A stretch of DNA of 64,000 nt, taken from positions 32,001 to 96,000 of the IMG/VR virus record IMGVR_UViG_3300013105_000003, one strand, 5' to 3'. Below, one piece after another: positions 45,664 to 55,485 of this stretch. The notes beneath the pieces were generated by a model. That model searched no databases. It was not told the DNA's origin and worked only from the letters and a program-made list of their open reading frames with translations. Both the position numbers and the translations under genes were made by a program. Numbering within the stretch: position 1 is the stretch's first letter; each line of letters begins with the position of its first letter. This DNA comes from a virus (Duplodnaviria; Caudoviricetes).

Positions 45664-45845
45664 ATAATATTCTGTTTATTTGGCTTTTTTGTGGTATACT
45701 TTGCGCTTTCCTTGCATTTACGTTCTGGGTACAGGGTAATTGCAAGACTGCTAGCCGATTTGCTCTATTGACACTATTTTTCCCTATTGCAGCTCCTGTA
45801 GGGTTGGTACTACTTACAAGATTTCTTCTCAAGAAAGCCTTTTAA
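45660..45845 (+). CDS. Small membrane protein
   Basis: Two hydrophobic segments. Confidence 0.5.
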   Translation: MNNILFIWLFCGILCAFLAFTFWVQGNCKTASRFALLTLFFPIAAPVGLVLLTRFLLKKAF

Positions 45846-46000
45846 TTACTCAGTACATCTATGACACCTAAGTTTGCTCTGGGTTAGTCACAGAGGGTCG
45901 GCAGCAGGATTGGAAGCTTAGGCACATCAACTGATGACCACTGGTGCTGCTTCTATCAAAGCGTGGCCGACACTTAAACTTCTCAAGAAAGCTTTTTAAT
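45825..46000 (+). repeat. 22-bp direct repeat (1 mismatch) flanking non-coding DNA
   Basis: CTTCTCAAGAAAGCYTTTTAAT at 45825 and 45979. Confidence 0.8.
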
Positions 46001-46277
46001 GAATAAGATTTATGTTGTTACGCAGTACATCTACGATACTCAAGGCAAGGCAGTAGGCAGTGAGCCTGTAGTTGCTTATGGATCAGAAGATACTGCACTG
46101 GACTTTATGGACACCTTTGACTTGGGTGACGAAGTGGTAGAGGTTGAGTTTGCTTGGCCTTTGTACACTAAGTTTACAGAGTCTGCCAAGGTAGTATACT
46201 CAGGAAATGTAGATGCAGCTTCTACATTCCTAGAGGGGTTCCTTAATGGGAGTATTGGAAAGGTACCACACTCATGA
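45999..46277 (+). CDS. Hypothetical protein
   Basis: KIYVVT N-terminus; tiles operon. Confidence 0.55.
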   Translation: MNKIYVVTQYIYDTQGKAVGSEPVVAYGSEDTALDFMDTFDLGDEVVEVEFAWPLYTKFTESAKVVYSGNVDAASTFLEGFLNGSIGKVPHS

Positions 46278-46528
46278 GTAGTTTCACTAAGTATAAGTGG
46301 GCTAAGTGTCCTATTCCTAACTGTGGTGAAGACCTAATTATGGTCCTATCTACACCTGTTTATGTAGACGATCGACCACTTACTAGTGTAGTAGATACCC
46401 TAGATTACTCAGAGTGGGAGACAGCATGTGCTAATGGGCATGTGGTAGATAGTGGCGGTCCTGAATGTGATGGAAGGTTACCACTACATGGATATCGTAA
46501 TGCACAGTCTCTTGGAGGTCTACGTTGA
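46274..46528 (+). CDS. Small zinc-ribbon protein
   Basis: CPIPNC...CANGH. Confidence 0.5.
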   Translation: MSSFTKYKWAKCPIPNCGEDLIMVLSTPVYVDDRPLTSVVDTLDYSEWETACANGHVVDSGGPECDGRLPLHGYRNAQSLGGLR

Positions 46529-46734
46529 AGAAGAGTAATAATAACCCTCCTAGGTACCTAACCTATCTATTTACCTTCCTGTTCTCTCTATTCTTAACAG
46601 CTGCAACTATCTTTGCATACACAGGAGTAATCTTAAATAACTCCACACCGTGGGGAGGACTCTCCGCAACCTCAGGAGTCATGGCAGTACTCTCCGGTGC
46701 AGGTCTTATATTAGCAATTGACAACCATAAGTAA
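46525..46734 (+). CDS. Two-TM membrane protein
   Basis: Hydrophobic. Confidence 0.5.
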   Translation: MKKSNNNPPRYLTYLFTFLFSLFLTAATIFAYTGVILNNSTPWGGLSATSGVMAVLSGAGLILAIDNHK

Positions 46735-46746
46735 ATACAGACCAGT

Positions 46747-46818
46747 AAGCAACTCCACTACTTCATCCCAGCTGAGAAAAGTAGTGGAGTTGCTTTCTTG
46801 GTGGTGGTGTGGTATTCT
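46747..46818 (+). promoter_or_regulatory. 17-bp hairpin whose 3' arm contains the -35 of a leaderless promoter
   Basis: IR 46747-46763/46779-46795; TTGCTT-17-TATTCT; ATG 46825. Confidence 0.6.
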
Positions 46819-46824
46819 TAGTAC

Positions 46825-47394
46825 ATGATTCTTCTTACTTCTATCTTACTTACTCCAGTGTGGTGGCTGTTGTTGTATATCCTCCTGGGGCGACAAACTA
46901 TCCCTAAGTCTATTAGTTACATGCAGGAAGTTGAGGTAGCTCAGGAAGTTCCTAAGGAGAAGCCTGAGTGGGCAATCAGAGAAGCTGAGGAATACCCTGA
47001 TTCCTCTTTTCATCAGTTTACTAAGGAAGAAACTGATGATGCCTTTAATCGGATGATTAGTAGCATTCGCAAAGAGACAGAACCTAAGGGAGAGTCTAGA
47101 GTTAGACAGCACTACGCTGAGAAGGATCAATTGTCAGACAGTGACAGTTTCTACGCTTGGGGACAGTCAGAGCCTATTGCTACCGTTGAGAGTGGGTATG
47201 TTGTCGATGAGCAGCAGACTACTGAGAGAGAAAAGTTTATTGCAGCATGTAAGAAAGGGCTTCCATACATGTATGTTGATAATGAAACTATTTATTCCAC
47301 TGATGGTTCTAGACTAATTGTGCGAAATACAAATGATTATATGAGATTCGCAGAAGAGATATCCGCAAGAAAGATTTATCGGAGAACTATTTAA
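46825..47394 (+). CDS. Membrane-anchored hypothetical protein
   Basis: N-terminal TM. Confidence 0.55.
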   Translation: MILLTSILLTPVWWLLLYILLGRQTIPKSISYMQEVEVAQEVPKEKPEWAIREAEEYPDSSFHQFTKEETDDAFNRMISSIRKETEPKGESRVRQHYAEKDQLSDSDSFYAWGQSEPIATVESGYVVDEQQTTEREKFIAACKKGLPYMYVDNETIYSTDGSRLIVRNTNDYMRFAEEISARKIYRRTI

Positions 47395-48365
47395 TGTCAC
47401 TTTTTTCAGTTGTCGGAGACGTTCATCTATCAGTCAAGCCACCCGGCCAACGTACTGAGACCTACCAGCAAGATATCCTTGACAAGCTACAGTTTATTGT
47501 AGACAAGAGTCTGGAGTTCAAGGTTGATGGTATTATTTTTAACGGTGACTTGCTACATGTTAAGACTCCTTCTCGTACCTCCTTTGAGCTAGTCCAGGCT
47601 ACTCACGAAATTCTAAAAGCTGTACCTTGTTACTTCACCATTGGCAATCACGACATTCAGAACAATAGGCTAGACAGCTTGCCACAGCAGCCTCTAGGGG
47701 CGCTCACCCGCATGAACAACATGCACCTGATGAACGGACCTGTAGGGGGTCTTCCTGTATACAGCATTCCTTACATGGTAGAGGATGACGCGGCCAAGAA
47801 TCTTCCTAAGGTTTTCCGTAAGATCGAGACGTGGCGGAAGAAAAATAAGTATGATTCAGTGATTATTTCCTCACACCTAACCATCTTCCCTGTAGGACAG
47901 AAGCCACCATATGACTACATTGCTGCTGACGACTATGCTAACCTTCTTGTCACTAAAGGATTTACTTACCTGCTAGCCAACGGCCATATTCATGACATTC
48001 AAGGGGAGTCATACCCACTCGATGGTTATAAGCATATAAAGTATGTAAATTATGGTAGTGTCTCTCGCGGATCTTTGACTAGTGAAAACTTGAAGAAACA
48101 GCCTGTTTTCTACACGTATGACACTGTTACAGAAGACCTACAGGTTTTTGATATCCCTGTCAAGCCTGCAGAGCAAGTATTTAAGTTGGATTCAGCTGGA
48201 GCAGTCAAGGAACGTAAAGCAAGTATGACAAACTTCCTAGACAGTCTACAGAGTGATGCAGTGGAGGTCACGTCCGTATCTCAGGTGGTTGACAGTGCTC
48301 GCTCTAGTGGTGTAGAGTCATCAGTAGTTAACCAAGTCGAGCAGTTACTGGAGTGGGTTGAATAA
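47394..48365 (+). CDS. SbcD/Mre11-like metallophosphoesterase nuclease
   Basis: GDVH, GDLLH, GNHD, SH, GHIH, NYGSVSR. Confidence 0.88.
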   Translation: MSLFSVVGDVHLSVKPPGQRTETYQQDILDKLQFIVDKSLEFKVDGIIFNGDLLHVKTPSRTSFELVQATHEILKAVPCYFTIGNHDIQNNRLDSLPQQPLGALTRMNNMHLMNGPVGGLPVYSIPYMVEDDAAKNLPKVFRKIETWRKKNKYDSVIISSHLTIFPVGQKPPYDYIAADDYANLLVTKGFTYLLANGHIHDIQGESYPLDGYKHIKYVNYGSVSRGSLTSENLKKQPVFYTYDTVTEDLQVFDIPVKPAEQVFKLDSAGAVKERKASMTNFLDSLQSDAVEVTSVSQVVDSARSSGVESSVVNQVEQLLEWVE

Positions 48366-48844
48366 AATGGATTTTAGTGAAGAACTTAATCACGTTCTCT
48401 ATGAAGGTGGAAACTACATAGGAAGTGAATTTTTCTACAGTATTCCTAATGGTGGAGATTTTCTTAAGGTTACATCTTACGACGATGAGGGAAATGTCGA
48501 TAAAGTTCGTACATTTTTGCTAGTAGAGGCGGAATAAAAATGCGATTTCTTGTTGAGCGAAAGAACGACACGTTTGATGATGTTGGAGCAGAAACTCTAA
48601 CTCTCTCAAACAGTGGAGCCTTGTGGTTCCTAGACGCTGATGGACAGCTAATTATGGCATATAACTCAGACCAGTGGGTTACTGTTGTGCCGGAGAAAGA
48701 GTAATGGACGACGACTTTAATTATGTAGTAGACGAAGAGACTTATAATGAACTTGTCCGCCTACTAGATGAAGAGCCTAGAGATTATCCTAAGTTTAAGA
48801 AACTAATGAATCGTACTGCTCCTTGGGAGGAAGACTAAGAAATA

Positions 48845-49042
48845 GTGGATGCTCATAAGCCTCAGATTAATGATTACGGAGGCTCACCTTTTGCAGAGCA
48901 TGATGTAGTGTGTTATATCTGCCACGAAAAGAAGGCAGTCCTTGATCTAAACCGTGGTATATTTATCCCCTGCTGGAGCTGTCAAAAAGAGGGATGGGTA
49001 GTTATTAAGCGTAAGAAACACTTTTGGAGTAGGAACAAGTAA
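48845..49042 (+). CDS. Small zinc-finger protein
   Basis: CYIC...PCWSC. Confidence 0.55.
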   Translation: MDAHKPQINDYGGSPFAEHDVVCYICHEKKAVLDLNRGIFIPCWSCQKEGWVVIKRKKHFWSRNK

Positions 49043-49599
49043 TGGGACTAGACACCACAGCATATCGGCATCACAAGCTTCTTCCTGATCTACTAGAGAA
49101 GTCTAATAACATTTCCGATGATGACTATGATGAGTTTTATGATAGTCTCTACGCTAACAACCAGAAACTGATATTTGCTTATGATAATTTTCCTCATGCT
49201 CTTGAAGGATTTGGTGTTACTCCCTTCAAACTTGATGCGCCTTGGGCGAGAGACTCTCACTTCCTTACTGTAGGGTACGCTAGTGGAGAGACTGGACCTA
49301 CAACGCAGTGTAGCTACAGTACACACACTGTATACCGTGAGGCTCTCTGTGACTACTTTAGTGTGACCTTTGGCCCTGGACTCTCTAGGGAGCTACCCTT
49401 CTATGACCTTATATGGTTTGCTGACAACGAGGGCACACTTGGACCAGCAGCATGTAAGCGACTCCTAGAGGACTATCAAACCTTCTCAGTGGATATGCTA
49501 GGTATTGCAGACTACCCGTACCACCTTGCACGGTACCACCAACAGTGGTATGATGCTGTGAGCTGGGCTGCACAAGACGGATTCATTGATTTTCACTAA
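49042..49599 (+). CDS. Conserved phage protein (MGLD...FADNEG...DFH)
   Basis: Recognisable terminal motifs. Confidence 0.65.
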   Translation: MGLDTTAYRHHKLLPDLLEKSNNISDDDYDEFYDSLYANNQKLIFAYDNFPHALEGFGVTPFKLDAPWARDSHFLTVGYASGETGPTTQCSYSTHTVYREALCDYFSVTFGPGLSRELPFYDLIWFADNEGTLGPAACKRLLEDYQTFSVDMLGIADYPYHLARYHQQWYDAVSWAAQDGFIDFH

Positions 49600-49608
49600 G
49601 GACAAGAT

Positions 49609-49764
49609 ATGCCTGAAATATCAGAGTTTTATGGAGTCAGTTCACGTCTACTGACCTTCTGCATCGAAGAGGGTTGTTCACTTGACGGACAGTCGTATAG
49701 AGACGATCCTGTGTACCTGTCACGTCCTAGTGATCCTAACAATATCAAACCTAGCTGGAAGTAA
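49609..49764 (+). CDS. Small hypothetical protein (51 aa, below track cutoff)
   Basis: RBS AAGGA; ends in the first copy of the 23-bp repeat. Confidence 0.4.
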   Translation: MPEISEFYGVSSRLLTFCIEEGCSLDGQSYRDDPVYLSRPSDPNNIKPSWK

Positions 49765-50052
49765 GTAAAATGATTATAGATCCGATGATGAGCACCATTC
49801 ATCCTTTCATCCACCCACCTGTTGACCCCGACACTGGTCGGGTAAGCTCCGACTCGAACGCCGTGCTGATGGGTAAACCTGCCTCACAACGAGACGCCAA
49901 CCCCCTGGAAGCGCACCGGCTGTCACCACCCGGATGAGGGACCACAAGGTCATCGACCACGGAGACCACTTCGACACCGTATGCCCTGACGGACATGTGA
50001 TGGCACAACCTTGACCAGTGTCGATACCTATATCAAACCTAGCTGGAAGTAA
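49742..50052 (+). repeat. 23-bp perfect direct repeat flanking a GC-richer insert
   Basis: ATATCAAACCTAGCTGGAAGTAA at 49742 and 50030. Confidence 0.85.
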
Positions 50053-50053
50053 T

Positions 50054-50335
50054 ATGACTGTATACAGAGAAACACTTGATGACTTTAAGAAGTGGACTGA
50101 GGATAAGAACTATAACTCTACGTATGCCTCTGTGGTAAATGAGTTTAAGGAATTCCTAGAGTTCCAGCCTAAGATCGGAGAGGTTTGGGAGTGCTACAGG
50201 AAGTCCACTAACATATCACTATTTTTAGTGATGCATGATGATGGGTGGCGCTACGCTAATGGTAGAAAACCCTCTAGTCAGAATTATATAGAGCCTATTA
50301 GTAAAATTGGAGTACGTCCACACTATGTCTACTGA
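50054..50335 (+). CDS. Hypothetical protein, paralog family C
   Basis: TLDDFKKW...FLE..PK.GEVW. Confidence 0.6.
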   Translation: MTVYRETLDDFKKWTEDKNYNSTYASVVNEFKEFLEFQPKIGEVWECYRKSTNISLFLVMHDDGWRYANGRKPSSQNYIEPISKIGVRPHYVY

Positions 50336-50795
50336 GATTACGTATGAGAAACTACTCTATGCTGCTCCTATTGTTAATTCTATTAGGCACAAGTATGGGT
50401 TTTTCTTAACTAATCCAGACCACTTGTTTACCCTCGGTTGGGCAGAGTTTAATGGTACTGAGACCTACCTTAAACCAACAGGAGAGTGGGTGGTTGCGCG
50501 TAATAGTGTATGGAAGGTGAGTGGAGCATTTAGCAAAGACGAATTGACTCTATTTGTAGGCTCCCATCGTGACATTGCTACAGCCACTAGACGATACCTA
50601 GAAGCTTCTCTTGAGGATGCTACTAGGTATGAAGTGAGGGACTACCAGGCAGCTCTTGGAATGCTACGCCTGGAGAGGAACGTGGCTTTTGCAAAGTATA
50701 CTCTAGTGGAGAAGAAGATTGCTGCCTTGCAGAAACACCCTGCTCGTGATAGGCTAGAGTCAATCAGTCGTAAACGAGGGAAGAAAAATGTCTAA
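50307..50795 (+). CDS. Hypothetical protein
   Basis: Tiles operon. Confidence 0.5.
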   Translation: MEYVHTMSTEITYEKLLYAAPIVNSIRHKYGFFLTNPDHLFTLGWAEFNGTETYLKPTGEWVVARNSVWKVSGAFSKDELTLFVGSHRDIATATRRYLEASLEDATRYEVRDYQAALGMLRLERNVAFAKYTLVEKKIAALQKHPARDRLESISRKRGKKNV

Positions 50796-51294
50796 GCGAA
50801 CCACTTATGAGTTCAGCAGAAAGACTATGTCTGGTATTGCCTGCAAGAATTGTGGTCGTCCCTATAGAGACTGTACTATTCGTCTTATGCGAGAGAGTGG
50901 GGGTGGTGCCTGCTGTGGAAGTTGTGCATCTACAGACACTCACGACGAGAAGGAAGAGAAGGCAGTAAGTACAGTGAAGTATAAGAATACTCTTGAGGAC
51001 TTTGAGAAGTGGGTTCGTAGTCGGAGTCATGAGCATATTGCAACTTATAAAACTCTAGACACTTTCAAGGCATTTCTTGAGGAGAATACTCCCAAGAAGG
51101 GTGAAGTCTGGCGAGTACGCTGCATTACATACCTTGGACCCGAGGTACACACATTTTATATGTGGTTCGACGGTGAGCAGTTCATTGATGGTGCTGTATC
51201 CTACGGGCTGGATGAGCTAATCCTAGAAGAGAAAATTGGCACAGACCCAGAGTATGTAAAATACTCTAATAAGAAAGCAAATGAAGATGGCTGA
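50788..51294 (+). CDS. Cys-rich domain fused to a family C domain
   Basis: CKNCG...CCGSC then TLEDFEKW...PKKGEVW. Confidence 0.6.
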   Translation: MSKRTTYEFSRKTMSGIACKNCGRPYRDCTIRLMRESGGGACCGSCASTDTHDEKEEKAVSTVKYKNTLEDFEKWVRSRSHEHIATYKTLDTFKAFLEENTPKKGEVWRVRCITYLGPEVHTFYMWFDGEQFIDGAVSYGLDELILEEKIGTDPEYVKYSNKKANEDG

Positions 51295-52336
51295 GCGTAA
51301 GCTGGCAACAGTAGAAGAAATCCTAGCTATTGAGCCTATCGAGAATGCTGATGCTCTCGAATTGGCTACAGTACGTGGTTGGGGAGTAGTTGTCCGTAAG
51401 GATGAATTCTCTGTAGGTGATAAGGTTGTCTACTTTGAGATTGACTCTTTTCTTGACGTAGAGCGACAAGAGTTTTCCTTCCTTAAGGATCGTGGCACAC
51501 GTCCTATGAATGATCCAGAGGATGAAAAGAAGAAGATTTATGGTCACGCTCTGCGCACCATTAAGCTACGTGGTCAGATCAGTCAAGGTTTAGTTCTTCC
51601 TATGTCGGAGTTCCCTAAGTTTGTAGCTGACCAGCCAGTTGGGACTGATCTAACAGACAATCTAGGTGTACTCAAGTATGAGCCTTATGTCAAGCCACAA
51701 GGTGGTCCACGACGACTCTACACGTTCCCTACGAAGTATGCTGTAAAGTCTGATGCTGAGCGGGTACAGAACCTTTCACAGCGACAGTGGAGTTCTCTAC
51801 AGGATATCCCAGGGTGGTATGCTACTCTTAAGATTGATGGGCAGTCTGTTACTTACTTCAAGGATGATGAGGGTGCTCTCAAGATAGCTACTCGAAACTA
51901 TGAGATTGTTAACCCTATTAGTCCTACATTTCCTCCCTATGAGTGGCTATGGAGCAATTGGGATACAATTGAGGGACTTCTAGAGCCTGGTAACGCCTTG
52001 CAGGGAGAGCTATATGGCCCAAGTATTCAGGGAAATAAGATGGGGATTAAGGAACTAAAGTTTGCTCCATTTAATTTCTTTTACTATGCGAGTCTTATTC
52101 CACGAGAAGAGTGGTACCCAGAGTTTGAAGAGCTAGCAGTACCAACTCTTGACGTAGAGTTCCCTGAGACTATCAAGGAAGCTGTTGACCAAGCCAACGA
52201 TCTACGGTATCCTACTAATGGTAGCCAAGCTGAAGGCATCGTCTGGCACAATAGTGACCCAGAAGTTGCTAAGGTCCTTGGACGTAACTGCTTTAAATCT
52301 ATAAACCAGAAATTCCTACTGAAAAATGAGAAATAA
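51281..52336 (+). CDS. RNA ligase (Rnl2-type, DRB0094-like with N-terminal OB domain)
   Basis: RKLAT...VYFEIDS...KLRGQISQGL; KIDGQS, QGELYGPSIQGN, EGIV, FKSI. Confidence 0.88.
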   Translation: MKMAERKLATVEEILAIEPIENADALELATVRGWGVVVRKDEFSVGDKVVYFEIDSFLDVERQEFSFLKDRGTRPMNDPEDEKKKIYGHALRTIKLRGQISQGLVLPMSEFPKFVADQPVGTDLTDNLGVLKYEPYVKPQGGPRRLYTFPTKYAVKSDAERVQNLSQRQWSSLQDIPGWYATLKIDGQSVTYFKDDEGALKIATRNYEIVNPISPTFPPYEWLWSNWDTIEGLLEPGNALQGELYGPSIQGNKMGIKELKFAPFNFFYYASLIPREEWYPEFEELAVPTLDVEFPETIKEAVDQANDLRYPTNGSQAEGIVWHNSDPEVAKVLGRNCFKSINQKFLLKNEK

Positions 52337-52752
52337 TGATTACTTCGTTTCTCTGCTGGGTTGTTGTACCATACATTTTTGTTGTTATTGTCTGGTACAC
52401 CTTTTACACTGTAGAGTTGACTGATTCTTTAAAGAGGGTAAAGGTTAATGAGGATCTGAAAGCTAGCGGAGCGTGTGATTACAGTAGAGCTAAGCATACA
52501 TTGCGTCAGGAACAGGCAGTATATTACTTAGCCCAGTCTAAACGTTCTTGGTACTGGCCGATAGCCTGTATTATTTCTTTCGTGAAAAGGAACCGTGCTA
52601 TCAAGCAAGAGGTTAATAAATTTGCTGCTGACTTGCTAATCAAGAAATTAGATGATACACTAGCAGCACAGCGAAAGCAGCAGAAGCTAGAAGAGAAGGC
52701 CAAGGAAGCTAAAGAGAAATTTGATCTACTTAAGAAAGAAATGGCACAATGA
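52336..52752 (+). CDS. Membrane protein with coiled coil
   Basis: N-terminal TM, WYWP, coiled coil. Confidence 0.55.
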   Translation: MITSFLCWVVVPYIFVVIVWYTFYTVELTDSLKRVKVNEDLKASGACDYSRAKHTLRQEQAVYYLAQSKRSWYWPIACIISFVKRNRAIKQEVNKFAADLLIKKLDDTLAAQRKQQKLEEKAKEAKEKFDLLKKEMAQ

Positions 52753-53024
52753 TTAGTGATACAGAGAAGCGTATTCTTAATGATTTCTCTGAGTGGTGTT
52801 CTGTAAATGGACAGTGGGACGTTACAGATCTAAACGAGGCTCTTGAGAGTTATTTAGCTAGGCCAGAGCCAAACGAAGGTGAAGTATGGGTTCTTGGTGT
52901 AGGTTCTTTTGATAAAGTCTTTGCTGTGCTGCACAATGGTAAGTGGTTAGACGGAAGTGGTTTCCCAATTAATACAATAGCTGTTCCACTATTCAAGTAT
53001 GAGAGTCCAGAGGATTTATTTTAA
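52749..53024 (+). CDS. Hypothetical protein, paralog family C
   Basis: LNDFSEW...PNEGEVW. Confidence 0.55.
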   Translation: MISDTEKRILNDFSEWCSVNGQWDVTDLNEALESYLARPEPNEGEVWVLGVGSFDKVFAVLHNGKWLDGSGFPINTIAVPLFKYESPEDLF

Positions 53025-53228
53025 ATGCCAGGTGTACGAGAAACTGCACGCAATGATCTATCGAAGTTGCTAAATGGATATCTTGCCCACAAGCTCTCTA
53101 AGCGTGAGGCTATGCAGATTGTTGACTCAGTGCTAGGAAAAATGTACGAGCTAGGGTATAATGATGCCTCAGCTGATGTAGCAGAGGCTTTTCGACGCGG
53201 AGTAGAGAGAGGTCTCTCAGGAGACTAA
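53025..53228 (+). CDS. Hypothetical protein
   Basis: Tiles operon. Confidence 0.5.
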   Translation: MPGVRETARNDLSKLLNGYLAHKLSKREAMQIVDSVLGKMYELGYNDASADVAEAFRRGVERGLSGD

Positions 53229-53231
53229 GGT

Positions 53232-53597
53232 ATGACAGTTGCTACAGCAGGTACTATTGACTTATTCAAGCAAGCATATCAAACACGTACTGAGATTGCT
53301 CCTGTAGAGCCTCCTAAGCCTGTTATAGAGGTAAAGCCTACTCCTACCCTACCAGCTGCTCCAAAGACTCTCAGTGAGGCTGTAGGTCGTTCTATTAGGA
53401 TCATTAGGAAGAGTCAGGGAATGACCTTGCGACAGTTGGCTGAGAAGTCATTTGTTAGTCTAGGTCATATCTCAGACACTGAGCTAGGTAAGAAGGACTG
53501 CTCTGGCTTTATGCTGTCTTGTATCATTGAAGGACTTGACGTACCTCTATCTGACGTGTTACGATTGGCAGCAGACTTACTAGATGAAGGAAAGTAA
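53232..53597 (+). CDS. XRE-family helix-turn-helix protein
   Basis: IR..RKSQGMTLRQLAEKSFVSLGHISDTELGKK. Confidence 0.82.
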   Translation: MTVATAGTIDLFKQAYQTRTEIAPVEPPKPVIEVKPTPTLPAAPKTLSEAVGRSIRIIRKSQGMTLRQLAEKSFVSLGHISDTELGKKDCSGFMLSCIIEGLDVPLSDVLRLAADLLDEGK

Positions 53598-53666
53598 TGA
53601 AATTCAGCGAGATTGTAACCCTTCTACTATATTTTGTAGTTACAATTAGTGTTATAGTTTGGATTA

Positions 53667-53951
53667 TTGACGACTCAGTGCAGCATGGTATTAATGTTCT
53701 TGTGCCTCTTGGTATCCTTATTCTATCAAGGGTGGAGCGGAATAGTGTCTCCTAAGCAGAAGCATCTTAGAGTTACAGCATCGTATACTTATGATGTTTT
53801 TATAGAAGGTGGTCTAGACATGGCTCTGGACTCTGGAGAGTTTGCAGAACTTCTGGAAGACGCTATTGATGGAGTAGCTGTTGGTGGAGTTGAGGTAACC
53901 AAAGAGCCACGGTCTGGTCCCTATGTCACTCATATTGGAATGGTAGAGTAG
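53667..53951 (+). CDS. Hypothetical protein (true start probably internal)
   Basis: Tiles operon. Confidence 0.4.
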   Translation: MTTQCSMVLMFLCLLVSLFYQGWSGIVSPKQKHLRVTASYTYDVFIEGGLDMALDSGEFAELLEDAIDGVAVGGVEVTKEPRSGPYVTHIGMVE

Positions 53952-54403
53952 TGCCCTTAAAGCAAGTAGACTCCTATAGCTCTAAGATGAGCTATGCCGT
54001 AGACTGGGACAGTCTTAGTATGGAATTTAGTCCAAAGCTACCACAGTACCCTAACTCTAGAGAGTACTGGAAACTACGGTATGTAGCTATAGGTGCTCGT
54101 AACGTACAAAACTCATTAGAAACTACTTACGGTTACCTGTGGGGAGTAACTGTAGTAGGCTCCTTTAAGGATTCCTACCTGTACTCTCCATCTTGGTATA
54201 AGGATTACTTTATTGAGAATTATGATCCTAGGTATGGTATCAGCTGGGTAGCAAAGCTGTCAGGTACTGACGATATTAAATTAGCAAACTCTCACTCCTT
54301 TAGTGATTATGAATACTACTGGGGTGCTTTAGCAGAACATAGACGAGTTATCCATAGTGGATCAACTCCAGGATTTTTTGAGGGATGGTATGTAAATGCC
54401 TAG
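53951..54403 (+). CDS. Hypothetical protein
   Basis: Tiles operon. Confidence 0.5.
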   Translation: MPLKQVDSYSSKMSYAVDWDSLSMEFSPKLPQYPNSREYWKLRYVAIGARNVQNSLETTYGYLWGVTVVGSFKDSYLYSPSWYKDYFIENYDPRYGISWVAKLSGTDDIKLANSHSFSDYEYYWGALAEHRRVIHSGSTPGFFEGWYVNA

Positions 54404-54586
54404 ATATAAAGTAACAATTGAACTTACTAGTGTACGAGAAGTAACACGAGAGATTGATGCACTAGATGACTATGATGCAGTAACTTCTATTGTTGACTGG
54501 CATAAGTCAAATGATGAAGAAGTAACTCATTGGGTTTCTACAGAAATAAATGAATCTACAGAGGATATGTAAATAGCAGTGCTGAA

Positions 54587-54595
54587 CGATAATAT
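54587..54595 (+). promoter_or_regulatory. CGATAATAT putative phage-sigma promoter
   Basis: Upstream of RBS/GTG 54630. Confidence 0.6.
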
Positions 54596-54629
54596 TGGTG
54601 GTAAATATAACCCACCAAAGGAACAGTTT

Positions 54630-54869
54630 GTGACCCTCAAGAACGAGTCATACCGTCGTAATAAGAATGAAGCTGACCACGATGATAACAAGATTCATCG
54701 TCGTAACGGAGGTTTCACTCCAGTAGCACAAAAGCTTAAGCCCGCTGGCAAGTGTAGTGCTGGGTATGCTTGGTATTACATTAATGGCAGTGACGTAGCT
54801 CAGCACATTCTAACACCTGCTGACGACGAGCAGACAAGAGCACACAAACTTTCTTGCTCAGTTGCTTGA
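54630..54869 (+). CDS. Hypothetical protein
   Basis: CGATAATAT site, then RBS AAAGGA and GTG 54630. Confidence 0.55.
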   Translation: MTLKNESYRRNKNEADHDDNKIHRRNGGFTPVAQKLKPAGKCSAGYAWYYINGSDVAQHILTPADDEQTRAHKLSCSVA

Positions 54870-54894
54870 CACCTGTCTAAAGAACTGGTAAAGT
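54866..54894 (+). promoter_or_regulatory. Sigma-A-type promoter for a leaderless gene
   Basis: TTGACA-17-TAAAGT, ATG 6 nt downstream. Confidence 0.7.
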
Positions 54895-54900
54895 GGTACC

Positions 54901-55224
54901 ATGAACCCAAATACTGTACCACCTATACAAGCACGTAGAGACAGACCTGAGCCTGTTATCTCAGTTGACCTACAGGAGCTTCTACCTGTACTCATTTCTA
55001 ATATCATTGGAGATGCTGCGTATCATCCACGACTGAGAGCTAAGGCTATTGCAGAATTGTCTGCTGGTGGAGTGTTACGTACCGAGCAGCGAGTACAGCT
55101 GTCTACAGACATTGCTGCAGAAATGGCAGAGTTTGGTCACACTAAACTTGAGTTTACCCCTACCCAAGTGTTGTCTATTATAGCTCTTTTGCATGAGGCA
55201 CTTGACGAGCTAGAGGAAGTGTAA
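54901..55224 (+). CDS. Hypothetical protein
   Basis: Leaderless start. Confidence 0.6.
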   Translation: MNPNTVPPIQARRDRPEPVISVDLQELLPVLISNIIGDAAYHPRLRAKAIAELSAGGVLRTEQRVQLSTDIAAEMAEFGHTKLEFTPTQVLSIIALLHEALDELEEV

Positions 55225-55227
55225 CTA

Positions 55228-55446
55228 ATGAGTCAATACTTGAGTAGCACTCAGACCTGTGTCTATGTGGTTACTACTTATATTGATAATAAGTATGCTG
55301 GATCTAAGGTTTTCGCATACTTAGAAGATGCCACAGAGTTTGCAGAACTTAGAGGCGCTCTGGGGGACACAGAGAATAGTCTAAATTGTACTGTTACAAA
55401 ATCCTTTCTTACTGTTACAAAAGAAACGGTCTGGCTGTATCGCTGA
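55228..55446 (+). CDS. Hypothetical protein
   Basis: Tiles operon. Confidence 0.5.
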   Translation: MSQYLSSTQTCVYVVTTYIDNKYAGSKVFAYLEDATEFAELRGALGDTENSLNCTVTKSFLTVTKETVWLYR

Positions 55447-55450
55447 GAGC

Positions 55451-55479
55451 TTGACAGTAGGTACTAGCTAGGCTAGACT
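55451..55479 (+). promoter_or_regulatory. Sigma-A-type promoter for a leaderless gene
   Basis: TTGACA-17-TAGACT, ATG 6 nt downstream. Confidence 0.7.
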
Positions 55480-55485
55480 CTCACT

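Noticed and set aside
45931-45937. CTGATGA as a hammerhead core
   Set aside because: No GAAA after a stem II and no suitable flanking stems.
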